A stretch of DNA of 64,000 nucleotides from Myxococcota bacterium. GTDB taxonomy: Bacteria > Myxococcota_A > UBA9160 > UBA6930. Below, in pieces: positions 19,932-29,210 of the stretch. A program made the position numbers and the translations under genes. The notes below the pieces were generated by a model. The model had not been told where the DNA came from. It searched no databases and was given only the letters and a program-made list of their open reading frames with translations. The stretch is from assembly GCA_965223415.1 (NCBI GenBank), contig OZ245002.1, forward strand, positions 2,112,001 through 2,176,000. The letters run 5' to 3'. Every line of letters begins with the position of its first letter. Positions within the stretch are counted from its first letter, which is position 1.

Positions 19932-21025
19932 TGCTGCGCTCCTTCGCCGTTCTCGCGCTCTCGGTCTTGCTCGCCGGGCCCAGCGTGGCCGTGCGCCTGA
20001 AGGACATCGCTTCGATCCAGGGTGTCCGTGCGAACCAGCTGACGGGCTACGGCCTCGTCGTGGGCCTGAAGGGCACCGGCGACAAGAGCGGTACCGAGTT
20101 CACCGTGCGTTCCCTGGCCAGCGTGCTGGCGCGCATGGGCATCGGGGTCGACGCGGACCAGATCCAGGTGAAGAACGTGGCGGCGGTGGTGGTGACCGCT
20201 GCGCTGCCGCCCTTCGCCCGGGCCGGCTCGCGCATCGACTCGACGGTCTCGTCCCTCGGTGACGCCACCAGCCTCGAAGGCGGCACCCTCGTGATGACGC
20301 CGCTCTTCGGCGCCGACGGCCAGGTGTACGCGATCGCTCAGGGCGCCGTCTCGGTCGGGGGCTTCTCGGCCGGCGGAGGCGGGGGCTCCTCCGTCGCGAA
20401 GAACCACACGACGGTGGGGCGCCTGGCCGGCGGCGCCACCGTGGAGCGGGAGCTCGCCTACGAGATCGACCGCAAGGACGCCTTCGACGTGGCGCTGGCG
20501 GAGGTCGACTTCACCACGGCCCGTCGCATCGCGCGGGTGATCAACCGGGAGCTGGGCGAGGACGTGGCGATCGCCCCGGATCCGGGGACCATCCGCGTCC
20601 GCGTCCCGACCCACTACCGCTCCGATGTGGTCGGCTTCCTGGCCGCCGTCGAGGCGATCGAGATCGAGCCGGATCGCGCTGCGAGGGTGGTACTGAACGA
20701 GCGCACCGGCACGGTGGTGATGGGCCAGAACGTCACGATCTCGACGGTCGCCATTTCCCACGGGTCCCTGTCGGTCACGATCCGTATCGACAACGACGTC
20801 TCGCAGCCGCTCCCCTTCTCGGAGGGGGTGACGACGCCGGTGACGAACGACGAGATCACCGCCGTCGAGGAGGAGGCGACGCTCACGGTGGTGCAGGGAC
20901 CTGTGACCATCGACGAGCTGGTACGCGGGCTGAACGCCATGGGTGTGACGCCCCGCGACCTCATCTCGATCCTCCAGGCTATCAAGGCCGCCGGCGCGCT
21001 TTCCGCCGAGATCGAGGTGATGTGA
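19931..21025 (+). CDS. flgI: P-ring protein FlgI
   Basis: RLKDIASIQGVRANQLTGYGLVVGL.GTGD; DLISILQAIKAAGAL. Confidence 0.96.
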   Translation: MLRSFAVLALSVLLAGPSVAVRLKDIASIQGVRANQLTGYGLVVGLKGTGDKSGTEFTVRSLASVLARMGIGVDADQIQVKNVAAVVVTAALPPFARAGSRIDSTVSSLGDATSLEGGTLVMTPLFGADGQVYAIAQGAVSVGGFSAGGGGGSSVAKNHTTVGRLAGGATVERELAYEIDRKDAFDVALAEVDFTTARRIARVINRELGEDVAIAPDPGTIRVRVPTHYRSDVVGFLAAVEAIEIEPDRAARVVLNERTGTVVMGQNVTISTVAISHGSLSVTIRIDNDVSQPLPFSEGVTTPVTNDEITAVEEEATLTVVQGPVTIDELVRGLNAMGVTPRDLISILQAIKAAGALSAEIEVM

Positions 21026-21306
21026 TGGATCCGGCGGGTCTCGAGGCGCTGCGCGCCCTCGGCGGGCAGGTCGAGCGGGGTGGTGCGGAAGCGCGGCGAC
21101 AGGTGGCGCGGGAGTTCGAAGCGCTGCTGGTCGGTGAGATGATGAAGCAGGCGACGCGCCCGACCCTGGGCGACACGCCGCTCTCCGGCGGCTCCGCCGC
21201 GCGCATGTGGCAGGAGATGTTCCTCGACCAGGTCGTTCGCAGCGGCGCCGGCCGCTTCGGCCTGGCCGAGGCCGTCGAGCGGGAGCTCGAAGGGGCGAAG
21301 AAGTGA
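21025..21306 (+). CDS. flgJ: Short rod-binding FlgJ (no muramidase domain)
   Basis: VAREFEALLVGEMMK...MFLDQ...GLAE; directly after flgI. Confidence 0.85.
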   Translation: MDPAGLEALRALGGQVERGGAEARRQVAREFEALLVGEMMKQATRPTLGDTPLSGGSAARMWQEMFLDQVVRSGAGRFGLAEAVERELEGAKK

Positions 21307-21803
21307 CGACCGAGCGGCTCACCGCACTCACTTCCGTGCTCGACGCCGAGGAAACGCTCTATGTCGAGCTCAGGGATCTGCTCCAGCGCGAGCACGGGTT
21401 GATGGTCACCCTCGACGCCGAAGGCCTCGAGGAGGTGGCGCGGCGCAAGGAAGAGCTGGCGGACGAAGGCCGACTGGTCGAAGAGACGAGGATGTTCCTC
21501 TGTCACGAGCTGGCTGCCGCACTCGGCATGGCCGACGCCCGCCCCCGCCTCTCCGGCATCTGCGAGCGCCTCGGCCCGGAAGGCCGGGCGCTGCGCGAGG
21601 CCCACACCCGACTGGTGGTGCTGGTCAGTGTGGTCCGCGAGCTGATGGACGCCAACAACGCGCTGGCGGGCGACGCGCTCTCCCAGGTGCGCGGAACGCT
21701 CCGCATGCTGGGCGGGCTCGTCCCCGGTGAGATCACCTACGAGGGCTCCGGGCCGGTACACGCCGGGCTCGGGGTCGGCCAGCTCGTGCGAAGGACCGCC
21801 TAG
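21303..21803 (+). CDS. flgN: Export chaperone FlgN
   Basis: Helical, L..LL.RE...K motif, N..L near C-terminus; directly before flgK. Confidence 0.78.
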   Translation: MTTERLTALTSVLDAEETLYVELRDLLQREHGLMVTLDAEGLEEVARRKEELADEGRLVEETRMFLCHELAAALGMADARPRLSGICERLGPEGRALREAHTRLVVLVSVVRELMDANNALAGDALSQVRGTLRMLGGLVPGEITYEGSGPVHAGLGVGQLVRRTA

Positions 21804-21811
21804 GAGCCATC

Positions 21812-23260
21812 ATGACCGGAATCTTCGGCGCCCTCGACATCGCCCGGAAGGGCCTCATCGTCACCCAGGCGGGTGTTCGCGTGGCCGGTCACAACATCGC
21901 CAACGCGAACACGCCGGGCTTCACCCAGCAGCGCGGGCTCCAGGCCGCCGATGCACCCATCCGCACCTCCGTCGGCCTCCAGGGCACGGGCGTGCGCTCC
22001 TTCGGTGTCGAGCGCATCACCGATCCCTTCGTGCAGGCCCAGCTGATTCGCCAGCAGGGCGCGACGGCCTCGGCCCAGGCCCAGTCCGGCGTGCTCTCCC
22101 TGGTGGAGGAGATCCTGAACGAGCAGGACACCGGCGGCATCACCGCCGCCCTTGGCCAGTTCTACGACGCCCTCGACGATCTGGCGACCAGCGCCACGCC
22201 CGGTGCGCCGGCCGAGCGGTCGGCCCTCGTGGCTTCGGCCCAGGCGGTGGTGGACACGCTCCACGTCACCGACGGACGCATCCGCGACGTGATGGCCTCC
22301 ACCAACGACGCCATCGAGGGGGTCATCCCGCGGGTGAACGACATCCTGAGCCACATCAACACCCTGAACGGGGAGATCAACCGCATCGAGGTCGACGCCT
22401 CGAGCCAGGCCAACGACCTCCGCGACCAGCGCGATGCGCTGCTCCGCGAGCTCGCGGGCGTCATGGACATCACCCACTACGAGAACGACGACGGCGCCGT
22501 CGTCGTGGGCCTCACCAGCGGTGCCGCCCTCGTCGAGGGCGGGCGTGCCCGCTCTCTTGGCCTGGCCGTGGACCCCGCCAACCCGTTCAACACCGGCTAC
22601 TTCCGGATCGATCTCATCGACCAGTCGGCGGTGCGGGACATCACGGCGGAGATCGGTGCCGGCGAGCTGGGTGGCCTGCTCCGCTCCCGCGACACCATCC
22701 TGCCCGCCGCCGTGCGCTCCCTCGATACCGTCGCCTACAACCTGGTGGCGAGCGTGAACACGGTGCATGGAGCCGGCCAAGGCCTGACCGGCGTCACCGG
22801 CGACTTCTTCACTGCGCTGCCGGTGGTGGAGGATGCTGCCCGCGACGTCGGCATCGCGGCGAACATCCTCGCCAACCCGGACGACATCGCGGCAGGCCTG
22901 ACGTCCGCCGCCGGCGACAACCAGAACGCCCTGGCCCTGGCCGCGCTCCGCGACCAGAAGGCGCCTCTCTTCCTGCCCGGTGACCCGCCCGGCCCCGCCA
23001 GCGGCCCGACCCGGAGCGTCACCGAGCACGCCGTGGCGGTGGCGGTCGACGTCGGCCAGCAGGCCCAGAGCATGGCGTCCTCGCTGACCCAGCAGGAGAA
23101 GATCATCGAGAGCCTCGAGAACCGGCGCGAGGAGGTCTCCGGCGTCTCGATCGACGAGCAGGTGACCGACCTGATCAAGCTCCAGGCCGCGTTCCAGGCG
23201 AACTCACGGGTGATCGGCGTGGTCGAGAGGCTGCTCGACGACCTGGTCAACATCCTCTAG
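21812..23260 (+). CDS. flgK: Hook-associated protein FlgK
   Basis: GHNIANANTPGF, NDLRDQRD, VSGVSIDE, QAAFQANSR. Confidence 0.95.
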   Translation: MTGIFGALDIARKGLIVTQAGVRVAGHNIANANTPGFTQQRGLQAADAPIRTSVGLQGTGVRSFGVERITDPFVQAQLIRQQGATASAQAQSGVLSLVEEILNEQDTGGITAALGQFYDALDDLATSATPGAPAERSALVASAQAVVDTLHVTDGRIRDVMASTNDAIEGVIPRVNDILSHINTLNGEINRIEVDASSQANDLRDQRDALLRELAGVMDITHYENDDGAVVVGLTSGAALVEGGRARSLGLAVDPANPFNTGYFRIDLIDQSAVRDITAEIGAGELGGLLRSRDTILPAAVRSLDTVAYNLVASVNTVHGAGQGLTGVTGDFFTALPVVEDAARDVGIAANILANPDDIAAGLTSAAGDNQNALALAALRDQKAPLFLPGDPPGPASGPTRSVTEHAVAVAVDVGQQAQSMASSLTQQEKIIESLENRREEVSGVSIDEQVTDLIKLQAAFQANSRVIGVVERLLDDLVNIL

Positions 23261-23272
23261 CGGGAGGCGGCG

Positions 23273-24217
23273 ATGCGCGTCACCCAATCGATGATCATCC
23301 GGTCCGCGCTCGAGGACTTGAACCGCGCGCGCCTGCGCCTGGCCCGGACCCAGGAGCAGGCCGCCAGCGGCCTGCGCATCAACCGGCCTTCGGACGATCC
23401 GGTCGGCGCCTCCGCCGCGATGCTGCTCAAGTCCGGGATCGACGCCACCCGCCAGTACCAGCGCAACATCACCCAGACGCGCACACGGCTCGCCGCCGGC
23501 GAGAATGCCATCGCCAACGCGACGGATCTCCTGATCCGCGCCAAGGAGCTGGCGATCCAGGGCGTGAACGGCACCCAGAACGCCGCGTCGCGGGCCCAGC
23601 TCGCCAAGGAGATCGAGGGCCTGCACGCGAGCCTGCTCGCCGAGGGCAACAGCCGCATCGCGGGGGGCTCGCTCTTCGGCGGCTTCGCTTCGGACACGGC
23701 GCCCTTCGTCGCGTCCGGGGCCTTCGTCGACCTGCCGCCCTCCTCGCCGACGGTCACCTTCGCTGGCGACCGCAACGAGGTGCAGGTCCAGATCGACGAG
23801 GCGGTGCGGGCGACCGCGACCCTGAACGGCCAGCGGGTCTTCATGGGCGACGCCAACGGCGACGGCCTCGTCGACGCCGGGCGCGAGGACGTCTTCCAGC
23901 TCCTGGCCGATCTCCGCGACGGGCTCATCACCGACAACGTCGCCCAGATCAACGGGGCGCTGCCGCGCCTCGACACGGCCCTGGGCCAGCTCTCGGTGGA
24001 GCGGACGCGCTTCGGCGCCGCGCTGAACCAGCTCGACACCTTCGAAGAGCGCCTCGAGGATCGCTTCGTCGACCTCACGACGCGCCTCTCCGACACCCAA
24101 GACGCCGACGCCGTCAAGGTGTTCTCCGACCTCGCCAGCCAGGAGGTGGCGCTGCAGGCCTCCCTCCAGGCCAACGCCCGCCTGATCCAGCCGACGTTGC
24201 TGGACTTCATCGCCTAA
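23273..24217 (+). CDS. flgL: Hook-associated protein FlgL
   Basis: MRVT, SGLRINRPSDDP, TLLDFI. Confidence 0.94.
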   Translation: MRVTQSMIIRSALEDLNRARLRLARTQEQAASGLRINRPSDDPVGASAAMLLKSGIDATRQYQRNITQTRTRLAAGENAIANATDLLIRAKELAIQGVNGTQNAASRAQLAKEIEGLHASLLAEGNSRIAGGSLFGGFASDTAPFVASGAFVDLPPSSPTVTFAGDRNEVQVQIDEAVRATATLNGQRVFMGDANGDGLVDAGREDVFQLLADLRDGLITDNVAQINGALPRLDTALGQLSVERTRFGAALNQLDTFEERLEDRFVDLTTRLSDTQDADAVKVFSDLASQEVALQASLQANARLIQPTLLDFIA

Positions 24218-24219
24218 CG

Positions 24220-24462
24220 GTGCTCGTCCTCACCCGCCGCGCCGGCGAGAGCGTGCGCATCGGATCGGAGATCCGGGTCACCGTGCTCAGCGCGGCCGGT
24301 GGCCAGATGCGCATCGGCATCGAGGCCCCGGGCCGTGTGGCCGTGCATCGCGAGGAGGTCTTCGACCGCATCGTAGCCGCTAACGTCGAGGCGGCGTCGG
24401 TGGCGCCGTCGGAGCTGGAGCGCTGGCTGCCGAAGACGAAGACGAGCGGGGAGGGGAAGTGA
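24220..24462 (+). CDS. csrA: Carbon storage regulator CsrA
   Basis: MLVLTRRAGESVRIG...RIGIEAP..V.VHREEV. Confidence 0.96.
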   Translation: MLVLTRRAGESVRIGSEIRVTVLSAAGGQMRIGIEAPGRVAVHREEVFDRIVAANVEAASVAPSELERWLPKTKTSGEGK

Positions 24463-24902
24463 GCGGAGCCGAGACCGTCGCGATCGATCACGAGCGCTTC
24501 GGGCGCGTCGAGGTGCCGGCACCGGACGTGCTGCTCTTCGACGGCCTGCCCGGCTTCGCCGACGCGCGCCGCTTCGCCCTGCTGCGCCACGATCGCGAAT
24601 CCGCCTTCCTCTGGCTCGTCTCCCTCGACCGCCCGGAGCTGGCCTTCGTGGTCACCGACCCCTGCCAGTTCTTCCCGGACTACGCGCCCAGGCTGAGCAG
24701 GCCCCAGCTCGGCGCCGTCGAGGCCGAGAGCCCCGAGGTTGTCGAGCTCTACGCCATCGCGACCATCCGCGAAGGCTCGACCAGCCTGAACCTGGCGGCG
24801 CCGGTGCTCGTGCACGCCGCGGCCGGCCGCGGGGCCCAGGTGATCCTGGACCAGAGCGAGCGCGGGACGCGGGAGCCGCTGCCGGAGCCGCTGGAGAACT
24901 GA
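24459..24902 (+). CDS. fliW: Flagellar assembly factor FliW
   Basis: GLPGF, FLWLVS, LAFVVTDP, NLAAPV; adjacent to csrA. Confidence 0.92.
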   Translation: MSGAETVAIDHERFGRVEVPAPDVLLFDGLPGFADARRFALLRHDRESAFLWLVSLDRPELAFVVTDPCQFFPDYAPRLSRPQLGAVEAESPEVVELYAIATIREGSTSLNLAAPVLVHAAAGRGAQVILDQSERGTREPLPEPLEN

Positions 24903-24950
24903 GCCCCGCGCGATCGGACCTCGGAACGTCCGCGTTGATATCCTGTCGGG

Positions 24951-25451
24951 ATGGCTTCCGACCTCCTCACGGTCAGCGAGATCGCAGTCGCATTCGTCGG
25001 CTTTGCAAGCATCGTCGTGCTCTTCAGACGGTCCGGGACCGGGCGCTGGAAGCGTGAGGACGCCTACGGGTTCCGAGACATGGTCTCGTTGACACTCGGC
25101 GTGGCGGCCTGGGCCGCCCTCCCCTTCTTCGTCTCCCAGTTCACCGAGCTCCGCGAGGCCTGGCGGGTGCTGTGTGGCCTCTTCGGGTTTACCCACCTCT
25201 TCGTTACGGCACGGGGTGTGGTCGCTCGATTCCGGTCGTGGGGGAAGGGCCCGATCTGGCGCGCCGCATCGGTCAGCATCCTCAGCCACTTTGCGATCGC
25301 GGGCGTTCTGATCCTGGCCGCTCTCGGCGTCCTGGGGTCAGCCGCCGGGATCTACGCAGGAGCCATTGCCCTTCTGCTGCTGAATGCGGGTCTCTGGTTC
25401 CTCCAGCTGGTCGCCGTACGCGAAGACCAGCTGGAGGATGCTGGCGGGTAG
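24951..25451 (+). CDS. Hypothetical membrane protein
   Basis: About 5 hydrophobic segments; EIAVAFVGFASIV N-terminus. Confidence 0.7.
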   Translation: MASDLLTVSEIAVAFVGFASIVVLFRRSGTGRWKREDAYGFRDMVSLTLGVAAWAALPFFVSQFTELREAWRVLCGLFGFTHLFVTARGVVARFRSWGKGPIWRAASVSILSHFAIAGVLILAALGVLGSAAGIYAGAIALLLLNAGLWFLQLVAVREDQLEDAGG

Positions 25452-25549
25452 GTCAGGTCCTCGAACTCCGAGAGTCCGGCCTTCCCGAGGCTCCGGAATC
25501 AGGGTTCCACGTTGCCAGCAAGTCCGTGGGGTTCGTGAGATAGCCTCTA

Positions 25550-26761
25550 GTGTCCTGTTTCGGAAAAAAATACGCAAAATAGTGCGAACTCCCAACGTGC
25601 AGGGGGCATCTTACCGGCATCACGTTGGGGGGACGTATGGCGAATCGTGGCCGGCCCAAGACGCCGATTGTGCTGACGGATGCGGAGCGAGAAGAGCTCC
25701 AGACGCACGCCAGAAGGCGGAAGAGCGCGCATCAGTTGGCCTACCGCTCGCGCATTGTATTGCTCGCAGAGCAGGGGCTGACGAATGGGGAAATCGCGGA
25801 ACGCGTAGGCAAGCGACGAGAGACCGTCGGGATCTGGCGCAAGCGCTTCGTCGAAAAGCGGATCGCTGGGCTCTACGACGAGCCCAAGCCGGGAGCGCCC
25901 CGGACGGTGACCGACGAGCAGGTCGATGAGGTCGTGCGCTTGACGCTAGAGGAAACGCCCACGGGAGCGACGCACTGGTCCGTTCGCCTGATGGCGAAGC
26001 GGGTAGGCCTCCCGACGACGACGGTTCATCGCATCTGGCGAGCATTCAGCCTCCAGCCGCACCGAGTCGAGCGCTTCCGGCTCTCCAACGATCCCCATTT
26101 TGTGGACAAGGTGGTGGATATCGTCGGCCTGTACATGTCTCCGCCGGCGAACGCGGTCGTCCTCTGCGTCGACGAGAAATCGCAGATCCAAGCGCTGGAA
26201 CGGAACCAGCCTGTCTTGCCGATGCAACCGGGCCGGGCGGAGCAGCGCACACACGGATACCTACGCCATGGCACGACGACACTCTTTGCCGCACTCAACA
26301 TCGCAACGGGCGAAGTGATCGGATCCCTCCATCGCCGGCACCGCACGGAGGAGTTCCTGAAGTTCCTCAGGACGATCGACGACAACGTACCCGCCGAACT
26401 CGACATCCATCTCGTGCTCGACAACTACACCACGCACAAGACGAAGCGAACTCGGAGCTGGCTCGCGCGCCACCCTCGTTTCCACGTGCACTTCACCCCG
26501 ACGTACAGCTCATGGCTGAATCAGGTCGAGCGGTTCTTTGCACTCATCACCGAGCGTTGCATCCGTCGCGGCGTGCATCGCAGCACGAGGGCGCTCGAGA
26601 ACGACATCCGGAGCTTCCTGAAGACGACGAACGACGATCCGAGACCCTTCGTCTGGACCAAGACCGCGGATCAGATCCTCGCGAGTGTGCGGCGCTACTG
26701 TGGTCGCGTCCTCGACGTCCACTCCGATTCTAATCGAGTGGTTTCTTCTGGAACAGGACAC
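25550..26761 (+). mobile_element. IS630-family insertion sequence, complete, TA target duplication
   Basis: Terminal IRs GTGTCCTGTTTCGGAAAAAA / TTTCTTCTGGAACAGGACAC flanked by TA (25548-49, 26762-63) in CTAG context; lower GC. Confidence 0.92.
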
Positions 26762-26764
26762 TAG
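25637..26764 (+). CDS. IS630 family transposase
   Basis: HTH region, [47 protein letters not shown]. Confidence 0.96.
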   Translation: MANRGRPKTPIVLTDAEREELQTHARRRKSAHQLAYRSRIVLLAEQGLTNGEIAERVGKRRETVGIWRKRFVEKRIAGLYDEPKPGAPRTVTDEQVDEVVRLTLEETPTGATHWSVRLMAKRVGLPTTTVHRIWRAFSLQPHRVERFRLSNDPHFVDKVVDIVGLYMSPPANAVVLCVDEKSQIQALERNQPVLPMQPGRAEQRTHGYLRHGTTTLFAALNIATGEVIGSLHRRHRTEEFLKFLRTIDDNVPAELDIHLVLDNYTTHKTKRTRSWLARHPRFHVHFTPTYSSWLNQVERFFALITERCIRRGVHRSTRALENDIRSFLKTTNDDPRPFVWTKTADQILASVRRYCGRVLDVHSDSNRVVSSGTGH

Positions 26765-27882
26765 ATCGAGTCGAAGCCCCACACGTAGAGAGGGAAAGGC
26801 AACCGGCCGCCTACCGCCTCCCGCTCCGCCGGCGTCAGTGCCGCGTGGAGTGAGGCTGCAGCTGGTGCGTCCTCTCCGCCGAAGAGCAGCGACAACGCCT
26901 GGGCGTGGTTCAGCCGCAGCTCACCCTCGCCTCCGCCCAGCCGTACGCCGTCACGGCTGTTCGCGAGGGCAACGCGCGCGAGCTCCGGCCGGTCGGCGGC
27001 GATCGCCCGCCACAGCCCTGCCGGATCCAGCAGCCGCATCAGGGCGAAGCTCCCCTCCTTGCCCACGGCGCCCGCGTCGTCCAGGAGCTTTGCCAGCAGG
27101 TCGGCGCCCGGGCCGACCATCAAGGCCAGGGCGCGGCGCTCCGCCAGGAGCTCCAACAGGCAGGCCAGCACGCCGGTCGCCTGGCCGGCCCACTCGTGGA
27201 CGACGTCCGCGAAGTCGTCGCCGCGGCCGAGGGCGGCATAGGCGATCGGGCGGCCCCGGTGGTGGGCGACGCGCAGGTCGACCTGGGGGCCGGCGGCGAG
27301 TCGCGCCAACTCGCCGGGGCTGCGCTCCGCCCGGAACGGCTTGGCGTCGTAGAGGGCCTCGAGAGCGCTCCACTCCCTCTCCACCGGCGGGCCCACGTCG
27401 AGGAGGGCCGCGCCCTCCAGTCGCGCGCTGGCGCGGCGGACGACCGTTTCGTCGACAAACAGGAAGCGCTCGCGGCCGGCCGGATGGAAACCCAGGCGCC
27501 GGTAGAAATCCTGGCGATCGCTCCACAAGAGGGCGAGCGGGATGTCCTCGCTCCGCAAGCGCTCGGAACAGGCCTCGACGCAGCGGCTCGCCAGTCCGCG
27601 CCCTCGAGCGGCCTCCTCCGTGTACACGAGGCCGATCATGCCGAGCCGCAGGCGAAGCCCACCGACGCGGGCGGTCGTGCGGTGGATCATGGCGTGAGCC
27701 AACGGCCGATCGCCCTCGCGCACCAGGAGCTGGTCGGCTGCGTGCTCCCTTCTCAGGGAAATCGGGTACTCCGCCTCGAGTCTTCCCCGGGTTCCTCCGC
27801 GAAGTCCGTCGTCGAGCCAGTCGACGACAGACCGCCACTCGTCGTCGTCGACAGCAGCGAGCGTGGCGCGCTCTGCATCCAT
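26761..27882 (-). CDS. GNAT family N-acetyltransferase (Eis-like length)
   Basis: IGLVYT...RGRGLAS acetyl-CoA motif, [13 protein letters not shown]-terminal WGFDSI. Confidence 0.85.
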   Translation of the reverse strand: MDAERATLAAVDDDEWRSVVDWLDDGLRGGTRGRLEAEYPISLRREHAADQLLVREGDRPLAHAMIHRTTARVGGLRLRLGMIGLVYTEEAARGRGLASRCVEACSERLRSEDIPLALLWSDRQDFYRRLGFHPAGRERFLFVDETVVRRASARLEGAALLDVGPPVEREWSALEALYDAKPFRAERSPGELARLAAGPQVDLRVAHHRGRPIAYAALGRGDDFADVVHEWAGQATGVLACLLELLAERRALALMVGPGADLLAKLLDDAGAVGKEGSFALMRLLDPAGLWRAIAADRPELARVALANSRDGVRLGGGEGELRLNHAQALSLLFGGEDAPAAASLHAALTPAEREAVGGRLPFPLYVWGFDSI

Positions 27883-27894
27883 GGAAGGGCGAAT

Positions 27895-27910
27895 CGCAAG
27901 AACGATGCCG
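27895..27910 (-). promoter_or_regulatory. Possible sigma54 promoter of the GNAT gene
   Basis: Minus strand CGGCAT-CGTTC-TTGCG, ending 13 bp before the ATG. Confidence 0.45.
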
Positions 27911-27957
27911 CGTTCTCGCCGGCGCTCGTCGTCCCTCGACGACGAATTGTGTCGCGA

Positions 27958-27974
27958 CCTTTCGACCTGAAACG
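27958..27974. promoter_or_regulatory. Putative enhancer site between GNAT and fliC
   Basis: CCTTTCGACCTGAAACG. Confidence 0.55.
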
Positions 27975-28108
27975 CGGAAGGCGTGCCGGTGGAACGGTGG
28001 TTCGCATCACACAAGTGCAGCGCGCGCGCATCCGCAGGGGAAAGGCCGCGCCGGCCTCTGGAGACGGCGAAACATGCATGCTAGGCCAGGCGTTTCGCCC
28101 AGGGCCGG

Positions 28109-28124
28109 TGGCACCCGCCTTGCA
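28109..28124 (+). promoter_or_regulatory. Sigma54 promoter of flagellin
   Basis: TGGCAC-CCGCC-TTGCA, perfect consensus. Confidence 0.85.
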
Positions 28125-28215
28125 GCCAGGAGCGTCCGGGCCTCGTGTGAGCGTGCTCTCGCGGTGCCCCCCCATCCGGGACGCTCGAGTGAGTGCCTCG
28201 GAAGCCAGAAGAGGG

Positions 28216-28254
28216 CTCACCAAGGATCGGTGAGTCAGGACCGTTCACGGAGGA
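28216..28254 (+). promoter_or_regulatory. Putative CsrA-binding sites in the fliC leader
   Basis: Hairpin CTCACC-AAGGATC-GGTGAG with GGA in the loop, then CAGGA and ACGGAGGA overlapping the SD. Confidence 0.6.
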
Positions 28255-28265
28255 AACAGAATCCA

Positions 28266-29090
28266 ATGGGTCTTCGAGTCAACAACAACATCGCTTCGCT
28301 CAACGCGCAGCGAAACCTCGCCACCACCACGAACAACCTGCAGCGTTCGCTGGAGCGGCTGTCCTCGGGTCTGCGGATCACTCGCGCGTCCGACGATGCG
28401 GCCGGTCTGGCGATCTCCGAGCGGTTCCGCGCCGAGGTGCGGAGTCTCCAGCAGGCGCAGCGGAACGCCAACGACGGCATTTCGCTGCTGCAGATCGCGG
28501 AAGGCGCCCTCAACGAGACGAGCGGCATCCTCACGCGTCTGCGCGAGCTCGCCATCCAGTCGGCGAACGGCACCCTCGGGACCGCCGAGCGCACCACACT
28601 GGACAACGAGTTCAACGACTTGGTGACGGAGATCGGGCGGATCGCCCAGGTGACGGAGTTCAACGGCACCAAGCTGTTGGACGGCACGGCGCCGAGCGTC
28701 ACCTTCCAGGTGGGATCGAACAACACGGCCAACGACCAGATCACGGTCACTGGCGTGGATGCCACTGCCACCGGAATCGGCATCAGCGCGGCCGGTATCG
28801 ATACGGTTGCCAACGCCCAGGCGGCGCTGTCGCTGATCGACTCGGCCATCGGAACCGTCGCGTCCCTGCGCGCCGGCTTCGGTACCGCCCAGAACCGCCT
28901 CGAGTCCACGATCCGATCGATCGCGGTCTCCGTGGAGAACACCACGGCGGCCGAGTCCCGGATCCGCGACGTCGATGTGGCCTCCGAGACCGCCATCCTG
29001 ACGCGGAACCAGGTTCTGCAGCAGGCCGGCATCTCGGTGCTCGCCCAGGCGAACGTGTCGACGCAGAACGCGTTGGCCCTGCTCCAGTAG
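28266..29090 (+). CDS. fliC: Flagellin (274 aa, minimal)
   Basis: MGLRVNNNIASLNAQRNL, ERLSSGLRI.RASDDAAGLAIS, AESRIRDVD, QAGISVLAQAN. Confidence 0.97.
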   Translation: MGLRVNNNIASLNAQRNLATTTNNLQRSLERLSSGLRITRASDDAAGLAISERFRAEVRSLQQAQRNANDGISLLQIAEGALNETSGILTRLRELAIQSANGTLGTAERTTLDNEFNDLVTEIGRIAQVTEFNGTKLLDGTAPSVTFQVGSNNTANDQITVTGVDATATGIGISAAGIDTVANAQAALSLIDSAIGTVASLRAGFGTAQNRLESTIRSIAVSVENTTAAESRIRDVDVASETAILTRNQVLQQAGISVLAQANVSTQNALALLQ

Positions 29091-29098
29091 TCCCCATC

Positions 29099-29174
29099 GC
29101 GGAGCGCGGCGACGCGGCCGCGCTCCGCACCCCCCGTTCGCCCCGGAGGCGGGTCCGACCCCCGCCTCCGGGGC
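29099..29174 (+). terminator. Two GC-rich hairpins after fliC (terminator/stabiliser-like, no U tract)
   Basis: GCGGAGCGCGGC-N6-GCCGCGCTCCGC (29099-29128) and GCCCCGGAGGCGGG-N7-CCCGCCTCCGGGGC (29140-29174). Confidence 0.6.
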
Positions 29175-29210
29175 CAACCGCGTCCCCAAGAATGATGAGG
29201 AACACGGGAG

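Noticed and set aside
28011..28038. Sigma28 promoter for fliC (ACAAG-N15-TCCGCAGG)
   Set aside because: Poor -10 match compared with the perfect sigma54 box at 28109
26685..28265. Apparent 801-aa flagellin with a long N-terminal extension
   Set aside because: The extension overlaps the antisense GNAT gene and the promoter; the true start is ATG 28266 with SD and canonical N-terminus
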